Positions 13,933-26,000 of a stretch of DNA of 47,346 nucleotides are shown here, one piece after another. Position numbers and translations under genes: made by a program. Below the pieces are notes generated by a model that was given only the letters and a program-made list of their open reading frames with translations, did not search any database and was not told the origin of the DNA. Source of the DNA: Chromera velia (lineage: Eukaryota); contig JAHBMJ010000456.1 in assembly GCA_018398765.1 (NCBI GenBank), positions 1 to 47,346 of the forward strand, read 5' to 3'. How positions within the stretch are numbered: position 1 is the first letter of the stretch; every line of letters starts with the position of its first letter.

Positions 13933-16523
13933 GCAGACACACTCACCTGTCCAAATTGGTTCTCCCCCCAACTGCACAAACGCATGTCAAAGAAATGAGC
14001 AGAAGAATCGCACAGCAAACGCTGACACGCCTCAAAAGGGAGGGCATGAAACGATAAAACGGCATTAGAAACTTCTCTGTAACCAGATGAGCTGAAGCAA
14101 AGAGACTGTCATTATCGTCGAAGAAGATACCATCTCCCCTTAAGTACTATCACACTCGCAAGGAGATAGAGACGACCGCAAGTGAGGTGCAGACACGCGA
14201 AAAATCCCCCTATGAGCCCAAACACAGAGTTCCAATTTGCTGGTACAAAGAGAACTGCTTTGGAGCTTTAATTTCAGTAACAAGTGCCACAGATAGACAA
14301 AGTGATTCAGATATAAACAAAAACAACCCACAACCATGAACACGATTCTTCGTCTGCATCTTGTCAGAAACCGTTTTTGACCGTCAGTTCCTGACTATGA
14401 CATGCTCTAGAGACTGACCACCTGATGCTCTCCCTTCCCCAGGAGTTACCGACTCGGTAGGCCCCCAGGGCACACGCAAACTGATGTCCGCATCCCAGTT
14501 CCTTCGCCATCCAGGCTTCACTCGAACCGTTGGCTACGAACGGCACCCAGAATTGGCCTGGTGGGGGGCGCAGAGGTAAATGCAAAAATGTATAAAGGTG
14601 ACACAAAAGAGAAAAAGGGACAAAAAGGGCGGTCCAGGTGACTCTTTCTAGTGGTGAGTGAGTGAGTGAGTGAGTGAGTGAGTGAGTGAGTGAATGAGTG
14701 AGTGGGTGAGTGAGTGAGTGAGTGAGTATGTGTATGAGAGAGAGAGAAGAAGAAAGAAAGAAAGAAAAAAAGAAAGGAAAGAAGGAAGAAAGACAGAAGA
14801 CAAAAAAAAAAAGAAAGAAAGAAAAAAAGAAAGAAAGAAAGAAAGAAAACAGACAAGAAACAAAGAAAGAAAGAAAGAAAGAAATCCGGAAAACCTGTTC
14901 AGATTGAACGGTTCCATGGCATGTATGCGTTTTGACTCGTTTCCTCTCTCTCCCCTCCTTCCCTCCTTCCGGCACCCTTCTTTTTGTTCCGTCTGTCTGT
15001 GTGCCTGGTTGGCCTGGTCGTTTCACTGTCGTTCACATACTCACTTCCCCCCTTCCTTTTGTTGCTTGGGGTCTCTTCCTGCGAAAAAGACAAATTTTAC
15101 ACTACTCACTTGCTGCCGTCTGACACCAAACATTCCCATAGGCAGAGTCCGTTGCACCTGGGTGAACTGCACAAGAAAAGTCATCCCCTGCACAGACGGC
15201 GCTAGCAATGTCGGAATCCTCATCAGTGGCGTTGGCGATCTCGAAGAAGGGAAGGTTGTCTCCCATCCTGCAGAGAATTAGAAGGAGAACGGCGCTCACG
15301 GTGAGGTCGTCAGGTAGTCTTAGAAGCAGTCAGACTGTCAGACCGACAATTCACAAAAACAGAATGCTGCGTTCTCCATGAATTCTCTCTGTCGCTCGCC
15401 AATCAAGGAGGCAGGTAACCCGTTTTTGGCCTCGAACCAAACACGTGCTGGAAGGAACACCAAGGATCTCCTCTGCCCTCCCTCCCTTCCGTCCCCTTCC
15501 CTTTCAACTGACTCCATCGTGTCGTCTCCTCTGTTGCTTGTGTCCGTCGCGTTCATCGTCAACTGAGCGCTGTCTCCCCTCCCCCTGCATCCATTCATTC
15601 TTCCACTCAGAATGCATTGCAACAGAAAGCAAGCAGATGCTTGTAGAATGAAGAGAGACCCCGAGAGAGAAACATGGAAAAGAGATACAAGACAAACGCA
15701 TCGAACGACGACGCGTCTCTCTAGCTAGGTTCAGAAATCAGCGCGGCCGGGCAAAACAAAAGAAGCCCACCATGAATGAAAAACGAATAGTTGAATTTCA
15801 AACCCAATCCAGCGACCCTTCCTCCATCCATCCGGCATTCCTTTTTCTGCCGATTTTTCCCCCTCCCTCCTTCACACTTGCACAATTCCCCTGACTCACC
15901 AGCACTTGGCCCTTCTTGGATGCGCATCGTTGGTGAAACTCCGGTACTTCCCGGCCGCACAAAAGTGGTCGAGACCTCCAGAGATTTCCTCCACGATCGT
16001 CAGATCAGACCCGACGTCTATCTGCACATGCACTCACATTTGTATAGAAAAACATGCAGACGGACTGTTACACACACATGAACACACGCAAACTGGGACG
16101 CGAGCACAGAGAACCTTCTGCTGGAATGAAATCGAAAAACGGACCCCAAAACGCCGAACACACATCTACTGCACGCGAAGGAAGGAAGGTCACAAGGAAT
16201 TCAGGTGGGCGGCGAGAAAGATCCAGAGATCCTCAACTAAAAGACTCTTAAGCATCTGAAGGGGGGACGTAGGTCCTCTCTTCTTTCTCTGAATTCCAGA
16301 TGCGTACAGACAAGAGACGTGCAATGGTGCACCTTTACTCTCTTCCAGCATGTGTCTTTAAATTGCTTTCTATCTGTTCCATTTCGATCAAAGGTCTACT
16401 CCAGAGCAGGACCTGCTGACCAGCTGCGTTGCCGAAATCGAAAGGGGCGCTCCGCTAAATCCCCTGCCGAGCTGACCGTAGTCGTTCTGACCCCAACCTG
16501 AACACACACTCGCAGATGCAAAG

Positions 16524-16557
<34 letters not shown>

Positions 16558-17301
16558 AGACACACACGCTAGTCCGAATGCTACAGTCATAGAACGGAAA
16601 GGATCCGTGATTCGGGTGCAAGGAAGGAAACAAGGCGAAGAAGAAGCGGGGCTCGGACACAGAGGGGCACTCTCATGTACAGGAATGTTGTGTTAGATGC
16701 CCGAAAAGAGCTAGACAGGTGCGGAGAACAGAAGAAGAAGTTTGGATTTGGAACGGGGAACCATTATGGACCGTCCAATTGAATTTGCAGTTTCAGAAGG
16801 CAATGACTTCGTCAAGCTTGTGGAGTAGACCGACCGACCGACCGCCTGTCTGAGTGAGTGAGTGAGTGACTGACTGACTGACTTCTATGTATATTGACTT
16901 GCTGACTGACTCACCAATTGGATAACTCATCGAGGAACCAAACAGCTCACTTACTGCTGTACTGACTCACAAACTAAGAGACTTAGTTACTGCTGAGTGA
17001 GCAACTGACTGACTGACTGCCTGACTGCATGACAAATTGACTGACTGACATTTCATCTCCCCCGAAAATTCCCCGTAGGCGCATGTGGACTCGCTGGTCA
17101 TCACGACCTTCACGGCTGCATTTGATGAAGCAATGCAAAAAATGTTACTAATAGAGGCACGAATTGTGCATCGAAAGGTAGGCATGCGGCACTGTTAGTG
17201 AGAACTGACTGACACCCACAAGATCCTTGGCCCAAAAGTGAAAGAATGAGAATGCATGGAAGCAGGGTCCGGAAGCCTCTGTTCCACTGTGTGGGCTTCA
17301 T
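2418..17301 (-). CDS. Polycystin-1/adhesion-receptor-like membrane protein: signal peptide, RCC1-like repeats, EGF-like domains, GAIN/GPS, TM1, long cytoplasmic loop, PKD1-like TM helices
   Basis: Manually spliced exons, all GT-AG and phase-compatible (6990 nt): 17214-17301, 17050-17115, 16421-16497, 15900-16021, 15513-15584, 15110-15267, 14419-14557, 13947-13971, 13490-13627, 13068-13132, 12610-12751, 12209-12266, 11676-11864, 11012-11264, 10461-10573, 10157-10266, 9467-9697, 8753-9017, 8052-8497, 6435-7728, 5341-6122, 4371-5099, 3182-4005, 2418-3021. Motifs: KCWGQNDYGQLG, RGDDTMEMGDNLP, CWGENQFGQLG, QCFGDNLRGQLG (RCC1-like); DKDECASGEHTCDTDTQDCQNIPGAFAC (Ca-EGF); CRFW..WSVNGC..CRCNHFTDF (GPS). 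A few donors have in-frame alternatives. Confidence 0.85.
7615..7728 (-). other. GPS autoproteolysis motif of a GAIN domain
   Basis: ECRFWNDGEREWSVNGCLTLMHNGSHLLCRCNHF|TDFG matches C-x2-W...WS-x2-GC...CxCxH-(L/F)-T-x-F. It is followed ~35 aa later by the hydrophobic helix LLWITAAVTLLCLGFII. Confidence 0.9.
9338..9482. repeat. 31-bp perfect inverted repeat (9369-9399 / 9420-9450) flanked by a 23-bp direct repeat (9338-9360 / 9460-9482)
   Basis: IR: tgcatgcattttctttcatacagaattcttt / aaagaattctgtatgaaagaaaatgcatgca. DR: tactgaccactctctgggcctct twice; it contains an exon end plus the GTCAGT donor. Confidence 0.9.
14653..14885. repeat. Intronic compound microsatellite (GAGT)n-(GA)n-(GAAA)n
   Basis: Directly visible; produces the spurious SFFL/THSL ORFs in the track. 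Similar tracts at ~5195-5250, 9895-9992, 10381-10452, 13820-13940 and 16524-16567. Confidence 0.9.
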
Positions 17302-18175
17302 TGTCTATCGAAGGTCGTTCGAAATTGGTACGTCGGTCCAGTGATCCTGCTGATGCCTTCCTTTGAATGTGGAGATCAGTCTGTCCTCTTGATCCGGCAT
17401 GCTGAAGTGCTCAGAATTTAGAGCATGCATGGTTTACGCGGTTCCGTCCGGCGTACTGCATGACTTTACACCTGATGGAAGAAACGGCTTTGAGGAACGA
17501 CATGGTGCACGTGAAGGCGGTAATCTAGCTTCCTCTCGATCTGTGCACGATGACTCAATCGGGAAATCGAATTAACTTCATCGATCGAATCATTATTCAA
17601 CTCATTAATGTGACAGTGTCCATCCGTCCATGCATATATGCATCCACCGCAAGCAACATTCGCGTGCATGCATGCATGCATGTGATTTCGGGCTAATATG
17701 GGCTAATGCTAATGATTTCGACCTCGGAGGGCAGCAGTCTGCCGCATGCAGCACCTCCCGGCCGCAGTGCATGCCAGGAGGCCCCATGCATGCAGTCTGA
17801 AATTTAAATCGCATATACGCGGATGACGCACGCACGTAATCGCACGTAGCAGAAGACCTTCCAAAGACTTCAATCCATCTTCAATTCTTCAATTGGGCAG
17901 TCAAACCACGAATCATGAATAGTCATGCTACGCTCACTTCACCTATCTCAAACTTCTTCGAACAGCTTAAACTTCAATTTGCTCTTTTGATAGCGAGATC
18001 GCTATTCTGCTGCGTTTCCTTCACTTCGTGTTTGTTGGCAACCAGAGTTGCGTCGCGGAGACGGAAAAAGAAATTGCAACGTGAAGAACCATTCGACCTG
18101 GCGTGCGGACGGCATCAAAGCGCTAGAGAGACCTCTTTACTATCGTAGCCACTCAACAAATATAGGAGCACGAAA
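17302..18175. promoter_or_regulatory. Divergent intergenic/promoter region with clustered (T)GCATGC(A) motifs
   Basis: Head-to-head ATGs at 17301(-) and 18176(+). GCATGC-type motifs at ~17422, 17665-17682 (tandem), 17744, 17768 and 17786. Confidence 0.55.
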
Positions 18176-21100
18176 ATGCCCCTCCACGTGCCCTCTGAGT
18201 TTCACGGCTCCGTTGCACACGACGGCAAGGTGACCGACCAGGTTCTTAAGGTTCCGACCTTGAAGGATGGGGAGGTTCTTGTGAAGATGATTTGCTCGGG
18301 AGTGTGCCACACGGACCTGCACACGATGAAGGGTGACTTTAAGGGTTTCCAGAAGGATGCCGTGGTCGTTGGCCACGAGGGTGTCGGGAGGGTGGTCCTC
18401 CACGGCCCCGGAGTGACGGAGACGGACATGCCGTTGGGAACTCGGGTGGGACTTCCGTGGATGCACAAGTCTTGTGGGAACTGGTCAGTTGATCCAACAG
18501 GCTTTCAATCATCAGTCACATGCTTTTTTCAGTGGATCACGCATGCATGCATGCATGCAGGCAATCGTATGCTGAGGGAAGGAATTGAACCGGAACGTTG
18601 CTGGCCACTTGACAGAGATCAGAGCGAAAAGAAGAAAGAAAAAACTAGGGCCCAACGAAAGAGTGACGAATGTGTGACAAGTGGAAGTGAAGAGGATTGT
18701 ACGCACGTTGTGGGACGAGAGAGAGACAGAGACACAGTGATCCTTTCATCCGGTCTCGGACGCGAGCTTCGTCCTCTCCCTTTGAGCCATTGAATCTATC
18801 TCTGTATCAAATCCTCTTTTCCCCTTTGCAGCGACGAATGCCGCAGTGGCTGGGAGACGCTGTGTGGTCAAATGGGCTGTACGGGCTGCTCTGAAGACGG
18901 CACCCTGGCTGAGTATGCAAAGTTCCCCGCAGCGTTCCTGGCCCCCATCCCTGACGGTCTCTCTGACGAGCAGGCTGCACCGATTCTCTGTGCAGGGGTG
19001 ACGACGTACAAAGCACTCAAGGAATCGGCAGTGCGCCCTGGTGAGTTCAGTCGGTTCTGCCTTTTGGCTTATTTATCTGTCAATTTGTTTGTTTTTGCCT
19101 CTACCCGTGTGGAAATACAAAAAGGATGAAAGGTCTGTCTTCCAGTCCCTGTCTGCCTTCTTTCAAGCTGATGTATCCATGTGAGGAGATGAAAACAACG
19201 CAGAGAACGGCCTTCCGTTCATGCCTCCCATGCAGGTCAATGGATTGCGATCACTGGAGCAGGGGGGGGACTGGGGCACCTGGCTGTGCAGTACGCCAAG
19301 GCGATGGGGATGCGAGTGTGCGGACTCGACGGAGGCAGTGCGAAGATGAAATTCCTACACTCCCTCGGGTGCGATGCGTGCGTCGATTTCACTCAGGTGC
19401 GTTTTGTTTTGTGGTCTGCAGAGCTTCTCTCTCCCAACGGTTTTTTTGTGGGAGTAGTGCCTGAGAGCTGGTTTGTTTTTTTTTATTGTCGGCTGTACAT
19501 GGATGGGTTGACTCATGGAACGACTTTTTTTGAACAGGATATTAAGGATGCAGCACAACAGCAGACACATGTTTTATCATTGAAAGAAAGACGTGCATGG
19601 AATCTTCTATGCATGTGAGTGGTTCACACATCTCTTGTTCCCCGCCCTCTTCCCATTCGGGCTTTCTTTGCCACTTTCGCCGTCCGTTAAAGTGAAGTTC
19701 AATGCTCCGAGTCCTCTCGTTCCCCTGTCCTTCAATTGAGAGATGCATACATGGAAGTCTGTGTACAAACAAGGGCGATCATCTGAATGGACGGAGGGAG
19801 AGATGGTTGTCTGATCTGTCTGCAGAGTGCCGACGTCGGTGAGGAGATCAGAAAGGCCACCGGAGGAGGGGCCCACGGAGTTATCCTCCTGGCGGCCGTC
19901 TCCAAATCCTTCACTCAGGCTATCGACTACCTGCGTCCTCGTGCCACGGCCGTGTGCGTGAGCCTGCCGACCGGGGTGGGTCTGTTGTTTCCATGTCTTC
20001 CCCCTGTGTGTTTCGATTGATATCACCTTTTGTAGTGTGTTGTGGAGGGCTTTCTGATGATGCTTCGGTCCGCTGTACACCGAAAGAGAGAGAGACTGGC
20101 ATGCAGGAAATCGAATGTAAATATTTGCATGTACAAACAGGGGCTTAGATTTCTTAAGTGTCTGATGCCGAGGGGAACTTATGAGGGAAGTGAGAGTGGG
20201 AAGGTCCATACCGTAGTCATTCAACCAGTCTCCCTACAGTAATCTTTTCTTGTTTCACGTCGTACTAATCTATCTTTCTGTGTTGCATCTTCTGTATCAT
20301 TACGTACGTGTCTAGAGAAAACGAAATGAGCGGGAAAACGAATGATGAACTCGTGAAATTCTTCAATCTGCAGTATGTCTTTCCTTCCCTTCATGCATCT
20401 TTGTGTCCTTCCTTTCTTTCTGTCTTTCGTTCTTTGTTTGTGCAGAACTTCGGCGTTCCCCACACGTCTATCGTCCTGAAGTGTGTCAACTTCAAGGGAT
20501 CCTATGTCGGCACACGGTTGGACATGGCAGAGGCCATGCAGTTCGCTGCAGACGGAAAAGTGAAGTGCCAGGTGGAAGTCAGGTCTGTGGGTGGAGGGGG
20601 GAGGAAGAATTCCAGCTCGAATGGGTTAGGATGAGAATGAAGTCTGTCTGGTTTGTTCTGGCTGTCTCACTGTCTATTTCATCTGTTTGACCGCTATTGC
20701 ATTTGTTTATGGGTTCAGATAGATGCGTGAAGAAGTCTTGTGATATGGTCACTGGCTTGCACGACGGTCTCTTGTCTTTCGTTCGTTCGTTCGATCCACC
20801 CGAATCGAACACTTTTGCGTTGTGTGTCCATCTGTTTCTCATATAATCTGTTCTCTTATGTGTTTGTCTGTTTGTTTCTTCCGATGGTCGCTGCAGAGAA
20901 GGGCTTGATCACTTGCCGAAGATCTTTGAGGAGGTCAGGGGGGAAGCACGGGCTTGTTCATACGTTCCCTTTTCCTTCTGTTTGTTCGTTTCCTCTGAGT
21001 TCTACATTCAGGCCCCCATTTGGCCCTCTGATCTCTCTGATGCTTGCATGAAGCTGTTTTTCCTCTTTTCACACTCTGCCGTTTTTTCATTCTTTCCTTC

Positions 21101-21206
21101 TTTCCTTTTTTCTTTCTTTCTTTGATGTCTGCAGATGGAGGCTGGCAAGATCAACGGCCGCATCGTCATCAAAATCGGGTCCTGTGACGGCGCCTCTCCA
21201 AACTAA
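18176..21206 (+). CDS. adh: Zn-dependent, NAD-linked alcohol dehydrogenase (MDR family, AdhP/yeast ADH1-like), 7 exons
   Basis: Exons 18176-18483, 18832-19040, 19236-19396, 19826-19975, 20446-20582, 20897-20933, 21135-21206. Motifs: GVCHTDLH, GHEGVG, structural Zn CGNCDECRSGWETLC, APILCAGVTTYKALK, GAGGGLGHLAVQYAKAMG, acidic GLDGG, KGSYVGTRLD, GKINGRIVI. Confidence 0.95.
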
Positions 21207-21808
21207 CTGTGCGTGAAAATAAATAACCATGAGGAAAGGAAAAAAATACTTACTTATTCTCTTTTTGGAAGGAAGTCGAAAGAACAAGGGGGCGAGTGGG
21301 CTTCCCCACAGCTTCACGGATAGACATTGCAGCAGAGGGGAACAGAGAGAGAACCCCCATGCACGCACTTCTCGATGAGGCATGTCATACTGAGGTTTGA
21401 AGAGAAAAATTCTTCCCGACCTCCTCACTGCTTTCTTTGTGTGCATCAGTTTTGCGTCATTGGAGCTGGGGCTGCTCTCTGTAGGTGCATATATGAACTG
21501 CGTTGAGGCATTCGATCGTTCGATTGCCCGATGTAGCCCTCTGCCTGTATGTATGTAACTGCACAGCCTCGAGACATCCGTACGTGTGTCTTGATGTCAA
21601 ACCGGTTGGGGCAACAATGAATGATGGAATTGAAGAGGAAGGTTGGAGGGAGAAGATGACACGGGTCGCGGCAGGTAATCGAACCAAAAAAGAAGGGTCA
21701 AGCCAAGTAAGATAGACAGACAGCAGGACGTACCCCGAGAAGACGGTTGGTGCGGCCCTTTCGATCGATTCGTTGCATTTTCTTTCCATGTATTCATGTG
21801 AATCAGTT

Positions 21809-21870
21809 ACAGCTCCGTTATGTGTTTGTGCCTTTGACATACAGCTCCGTTATATGTTTGTGCTTTTGAA
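21809..21870. repeat. Two-copy ~32-bp tandem repeat
   Basis: acagctccgttatgtgtttgtgcctttgacat / acagctccgttatatgtttgtgcttttgaaat. Confidence 0.8.
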
Positions 21871-22159
21871 ATGAGGACTCTGTCGGTATGCGTGCGCATA
21901 CTGTTTTTTGCTTTGCGTGTTTGCCGTGGGTGTCGTCCGATAACGCGATCGATTGCGCATTTGCGGCTTGGCTCTTCGTGTGATGCATGCATGCTGTTCG
22001 TTGTCTGATGCTCGTTGAATAAATGGATGTGTGCACGGAAGTCCTCGCGTGTTCTTCTGACTTTCGTTAAGGGTCGCAGCCTCGCAACAGCTGCCAGTGG
22101 CACCAACGTTCTTTGCAGTCTGCGGCATGCACTCGAACTTCAAATGTATTCCTAGATGC

Positions 22160-22820
22160 ATTATATAAGCAAAAGCTTTGATGTACTTTGATGTAATGTA
22201 TTGAATCCAGCGACCAAATTCGGACCACTTAAGAACTTGAAGTGACAGTCACTGGCAGAGCAGTCAGTGCCAGTCCGAGTCACGCGGCATGTCAGCGGGC
22301 AGAAGAATGCATTTTAAATACATATTCAAAAAAATACTTTATAAAATAACGTCACTATCTGAATTAGAGATGTTAAATTGGTTTAGCATCATAATAATTA
22401 CATCATAACTAATCTGAAAATAATCTTTTACCTGACTGGTTAGTTAAACTTGGCATAACTTCGTAAAATAGCAAACTGAACAGCTGAGCAGCCTAAGCAC
22501 TAGCCTAAGCATGTTTTATAACTTTTTGTGGGCCTATAAATATAAGTTCTATTATAGGACTTGGATAGAGTATTATATAATTTCATGGGATCTCTTATAG
22601 GTAAGCTGACGCGGCTACTCTAGAAAAAAACTTATTTAAAAAAAAAAAAAGACTTTATCAAATTATAATTTTAAAAGTCTCTCTATATATACACAACATT
22701 ATGGTAAGCGTTGGAGAATCTATGGGAATTGATAACAAAACTTAGGGAAATTCTAGTGAAATTCCTGGTGGGTTCAAATCTACGGGAAATTTAGAGGAAA
22801 TCTCACGTGATACTGATTTA
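22160..22820. mobile_element. AT-rich ORF-free island, probable decayed repeat
   Basis: Sharp AT enrichment between the convergent ADH and kinase genes, with short repeated (c)tagggaaatt-like words at 22720-22800. No convincing termini. Confidence 0.4.
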
Positions 22821-23081
22821 ATTGGTGCCCTCGGTAGAGCACTGTCGCCGTTCTACCAACTTGAAAAGTCGCCTCTGCGAACAGCAAAGGTGCGCTTCAC
22901 GGAGGAAATTTGCACTCAGAGGGGGGGGTAAAAGTTGCCGTAAAACGACCTCCCCCCCCCCGGGAATCTGAAGGTTAGGCACGCAATGCCACACATCCAT
23001 TCCCGCAAATAACGCATCAAACGCGGGATTCAAACCTATCTAACCACACACCACACACTTTTCTTCGCCTGCAGGAACGCA

Positions 23082-26000
23082 TCAAAATTGAATTCCCCTC
23101 TCGTGCAGCAACGGCTGTAGCAGCTCCATCACTTTGTTTTGCTCTTCTGCGTTCAACCGTTGCAGCACCTCCCTCACTCTCTCGGTCTGCCGCACCGTAT
23201 GAAACCGTCCCCAGTCTTGCTGGCTTGCGGGAAACATACCGAACTGCATTTGAAGACGTGCGCCCACGTCTCTCGCAACCTGACAGCGAGGCACGTGGGG
23301 GTGTGCATCCCCCTGGCAGTCCATCAGGCAATACCCACAGAAGGCGCAATTGCAACTCCTGCACGTCAACGCAGCACAACCTTCAAAATCAACGAATGCC
23401 GCACTGCAACGAGGGCACTTGAGGGTCAGGATTTCCTCTGTGATCTCTCTGACTTTTTTCTGTGCCCCGTCTTCCAGCAAGGCCTTTCGGAGTCTCTCTG
23501 TGAACTCTCTCTCCATTTCCCTCCTCACCCTCTCCTCAAATACCTCAAGGCGTGTATCATCCCAGAGACTGTATGAATAGATCTCTGCATCCAAATGCCC
23601 AGAGAGAGCGGGTGCACTGAAGGGCTCGGAGGGGCACCCTACATGGACGCATGTTACTTTGCATTCTCCTGCCTTGAACCGTGCTCTGACGTCACTGTGC
23701 TCTGGGTCAACACGGGTGAGTGCCTCGACGTGACGATTGAGACAGGGGGCGCAGAGGAAGTGAGGGGAGGCAGCGGTGCTGGAGACACCGCGGCTGCAGA
23801 GAATGACTTCATAACACACTATGCACTGCGCTGTCTGTGCAGTCTCTCGGGAGAAGAGACGGCATCGGAGCGCTTCTGCTGCTGAGGGACGGAGTGACGG
23901 ATCGTCTGACCTCATTTGACCTACCAACTCCTGCAAGGCCGCTGCCCTGTCAGGCTGCCCCTCCAACACCCCCCCACCGAGCAGCTCCTCGAGAAGCACC
24001 CCCGCTGCAAAAACGTCGCCTGCAGGTGTCATTTTCTTCCCCCCCTTCACTTCGGGTGCTACGTATCCCGACGTTGTGTGCAGGATTGTGGTGGCGGGAA
24101 AGAAAAGGTGGGTTTGGGAGGTTGACGGATTGACATCCTTTACCCCGTCCAAATCCCCCAACACCCCCCGACCTGCAGCAGTCAGAAACACGTCTTTCGG
24201 TTTCACGTCACAATGCACCTTTCCCTTCTGGTGGAGGAAGGAAAGGGCAGACAGAAGGTCCTCTGCCAACCGCAAACTCTCAGACGGGTCCCTCCCTCCC
24301 TCTGCCGGACGGGCGTCCATCCAGGCAGCGAGGTCGCCCCCCGGATACTTCGGCATCTGCACAAAACCAAAAATCCCCTCCTGCCATACGGCTGTCACCT
24401 GCACTATGTGCGGGTGCTGCAACTCCTGCAAAATTGCTGCCTGTCGGTAGAAATGCCGACTTGCAGCCGTGGCAGCGCTCAGTGACTGCCCCGGTCTTCC
24501 TCCTGCCCCCCCGATGTCATATCCCTTCAACACCCACTCCCCACCCTGAAGGTCGGTACACGCAGTCACACGGGCAAAACTGCCTGACTGAGGAGACGGT
24601 TCGGAGATTACCGTCTCGTTGGTGAAGTCGCAACGACTAGATCGCCCCTGCACCAACACCCCTCTCTCTAGCATAGAGGGGGCCTCAGCACGCACGACCT
24701 CCTGCACATCCAGACGGACGAGAGGAAGGAACGCGCCGCCTTCCCACAAAAGTTCAGGAAAGTGGAGAGAAGCGAGAGACAGCAGACGAGCTCTTTCACG
24801 GGCAATAGAAGCAGGTAGATCTTTTCTTTTTGAGTGCTCTCTCACCTGCTGCAATTCTGTCTCCAACCTCTTTGCCTCCTCTTCCTCTTCCTGAAGAGTT
24901 GCAAGACGGGCTTTCAGTTCTAGCGTTTCCTCCTTTTTCTTTTGCTGCTTCTGTTCTCTGAGAAGCTCACTTAGGCTTGCGAGGGGTCCAGCAAGGAGAC
25001 CACTTTCTTTCTCTTTCTCCATACACAACGAAACACCCTGCGCAATCTGCCCTACCTCCTTCTCTGCGCTCGCATGCAACCCACACAGACCCCCTACCTC
25101 TTCCAATCTTCTAACAACCATTTGACACTTAGTCAGGATCTCCCACACCACCTCTTTCCCTGTCTCTCCCGACGTATGCACGTCCTCCAAACGCCACATC
25201 TTGTCGTGCAATTCTGTCTGCACCTTCTCTGCCGCTTCCAGCTCGGCACAGATTTCCGTTTCGGGGAGCAGGCTATACTGTTCCAGCAGTCTCTCTGCAA
25301 ATTGCTGCCTGGATGCCGCTGTCTTCGCTCGGACCTCTTGGACTGCTGCGATGCGTCCCTCCACCCACTTGTCTGCTAGAGAAACCGCCTCTCTGCAGAT
25401 TTGGTCTGCTGAGGGATGTGAAAGGGATTCAGAGTCAGGCGGGGGCAGAGCTACACCAGCGAGTCGGCTGACAGCAGCACAAGCACTCTTGAGTCGCTGT
25501 GCAATCTCACTCACAGACTCACGGCCGCTGCTGCGACTGTAGGCGGCCAGACCCTCCAGTGCAGCGGTTCCAGAGAGGACTGACGCCTGCAGAGACTTCT
25601 GCACTTCGAGTCTCTTCTCATCTCTGTCTGCAATTTCGTCTGTCGTGAGTGGGTGGACAGGCGATGTTTCATTCTCACTGCGAGTCTGCTTGGCAAGCAA
25701 ACTGTTCCCCTCATACATCTTCTCCCTGAGGGAACCTTGGAGGGTCCGAAAATCATTTGCGTGCACTAGTGCCCCCTTTCTGCTTTCCACGGCCTGACTG
25801 GCCTCAGTCATGAGAGAAGAGAGGGAGCGCACTTGGCATATGGGGGAGTGTGGGGAGACGACAGCCATAGCGGCCCCAGGAACAACAGGGACGGAGACAG
25901 GGGAAGGGGCGGCTGCAGCGGCACCGGATGAACTACCGATGCAAGAAGAGCCTGGTGCAGAGGTGCAAAGAGGGTCTGGATCAGCAGCGGCAGCTGCAGC

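Noticed and set aside
22919..22961. G-run/C-run hairpin as a Helitron end or terminator
   Set aside because: The stem is just homopolymers and no CTRR terminus follows at the expected distance.
22201..23033. Possible TIR pair ttgaatccagcg / cgcgggattcaa around the AT island
   Set aside because: Only 11/12 bp, does not extend, and no TSD found.
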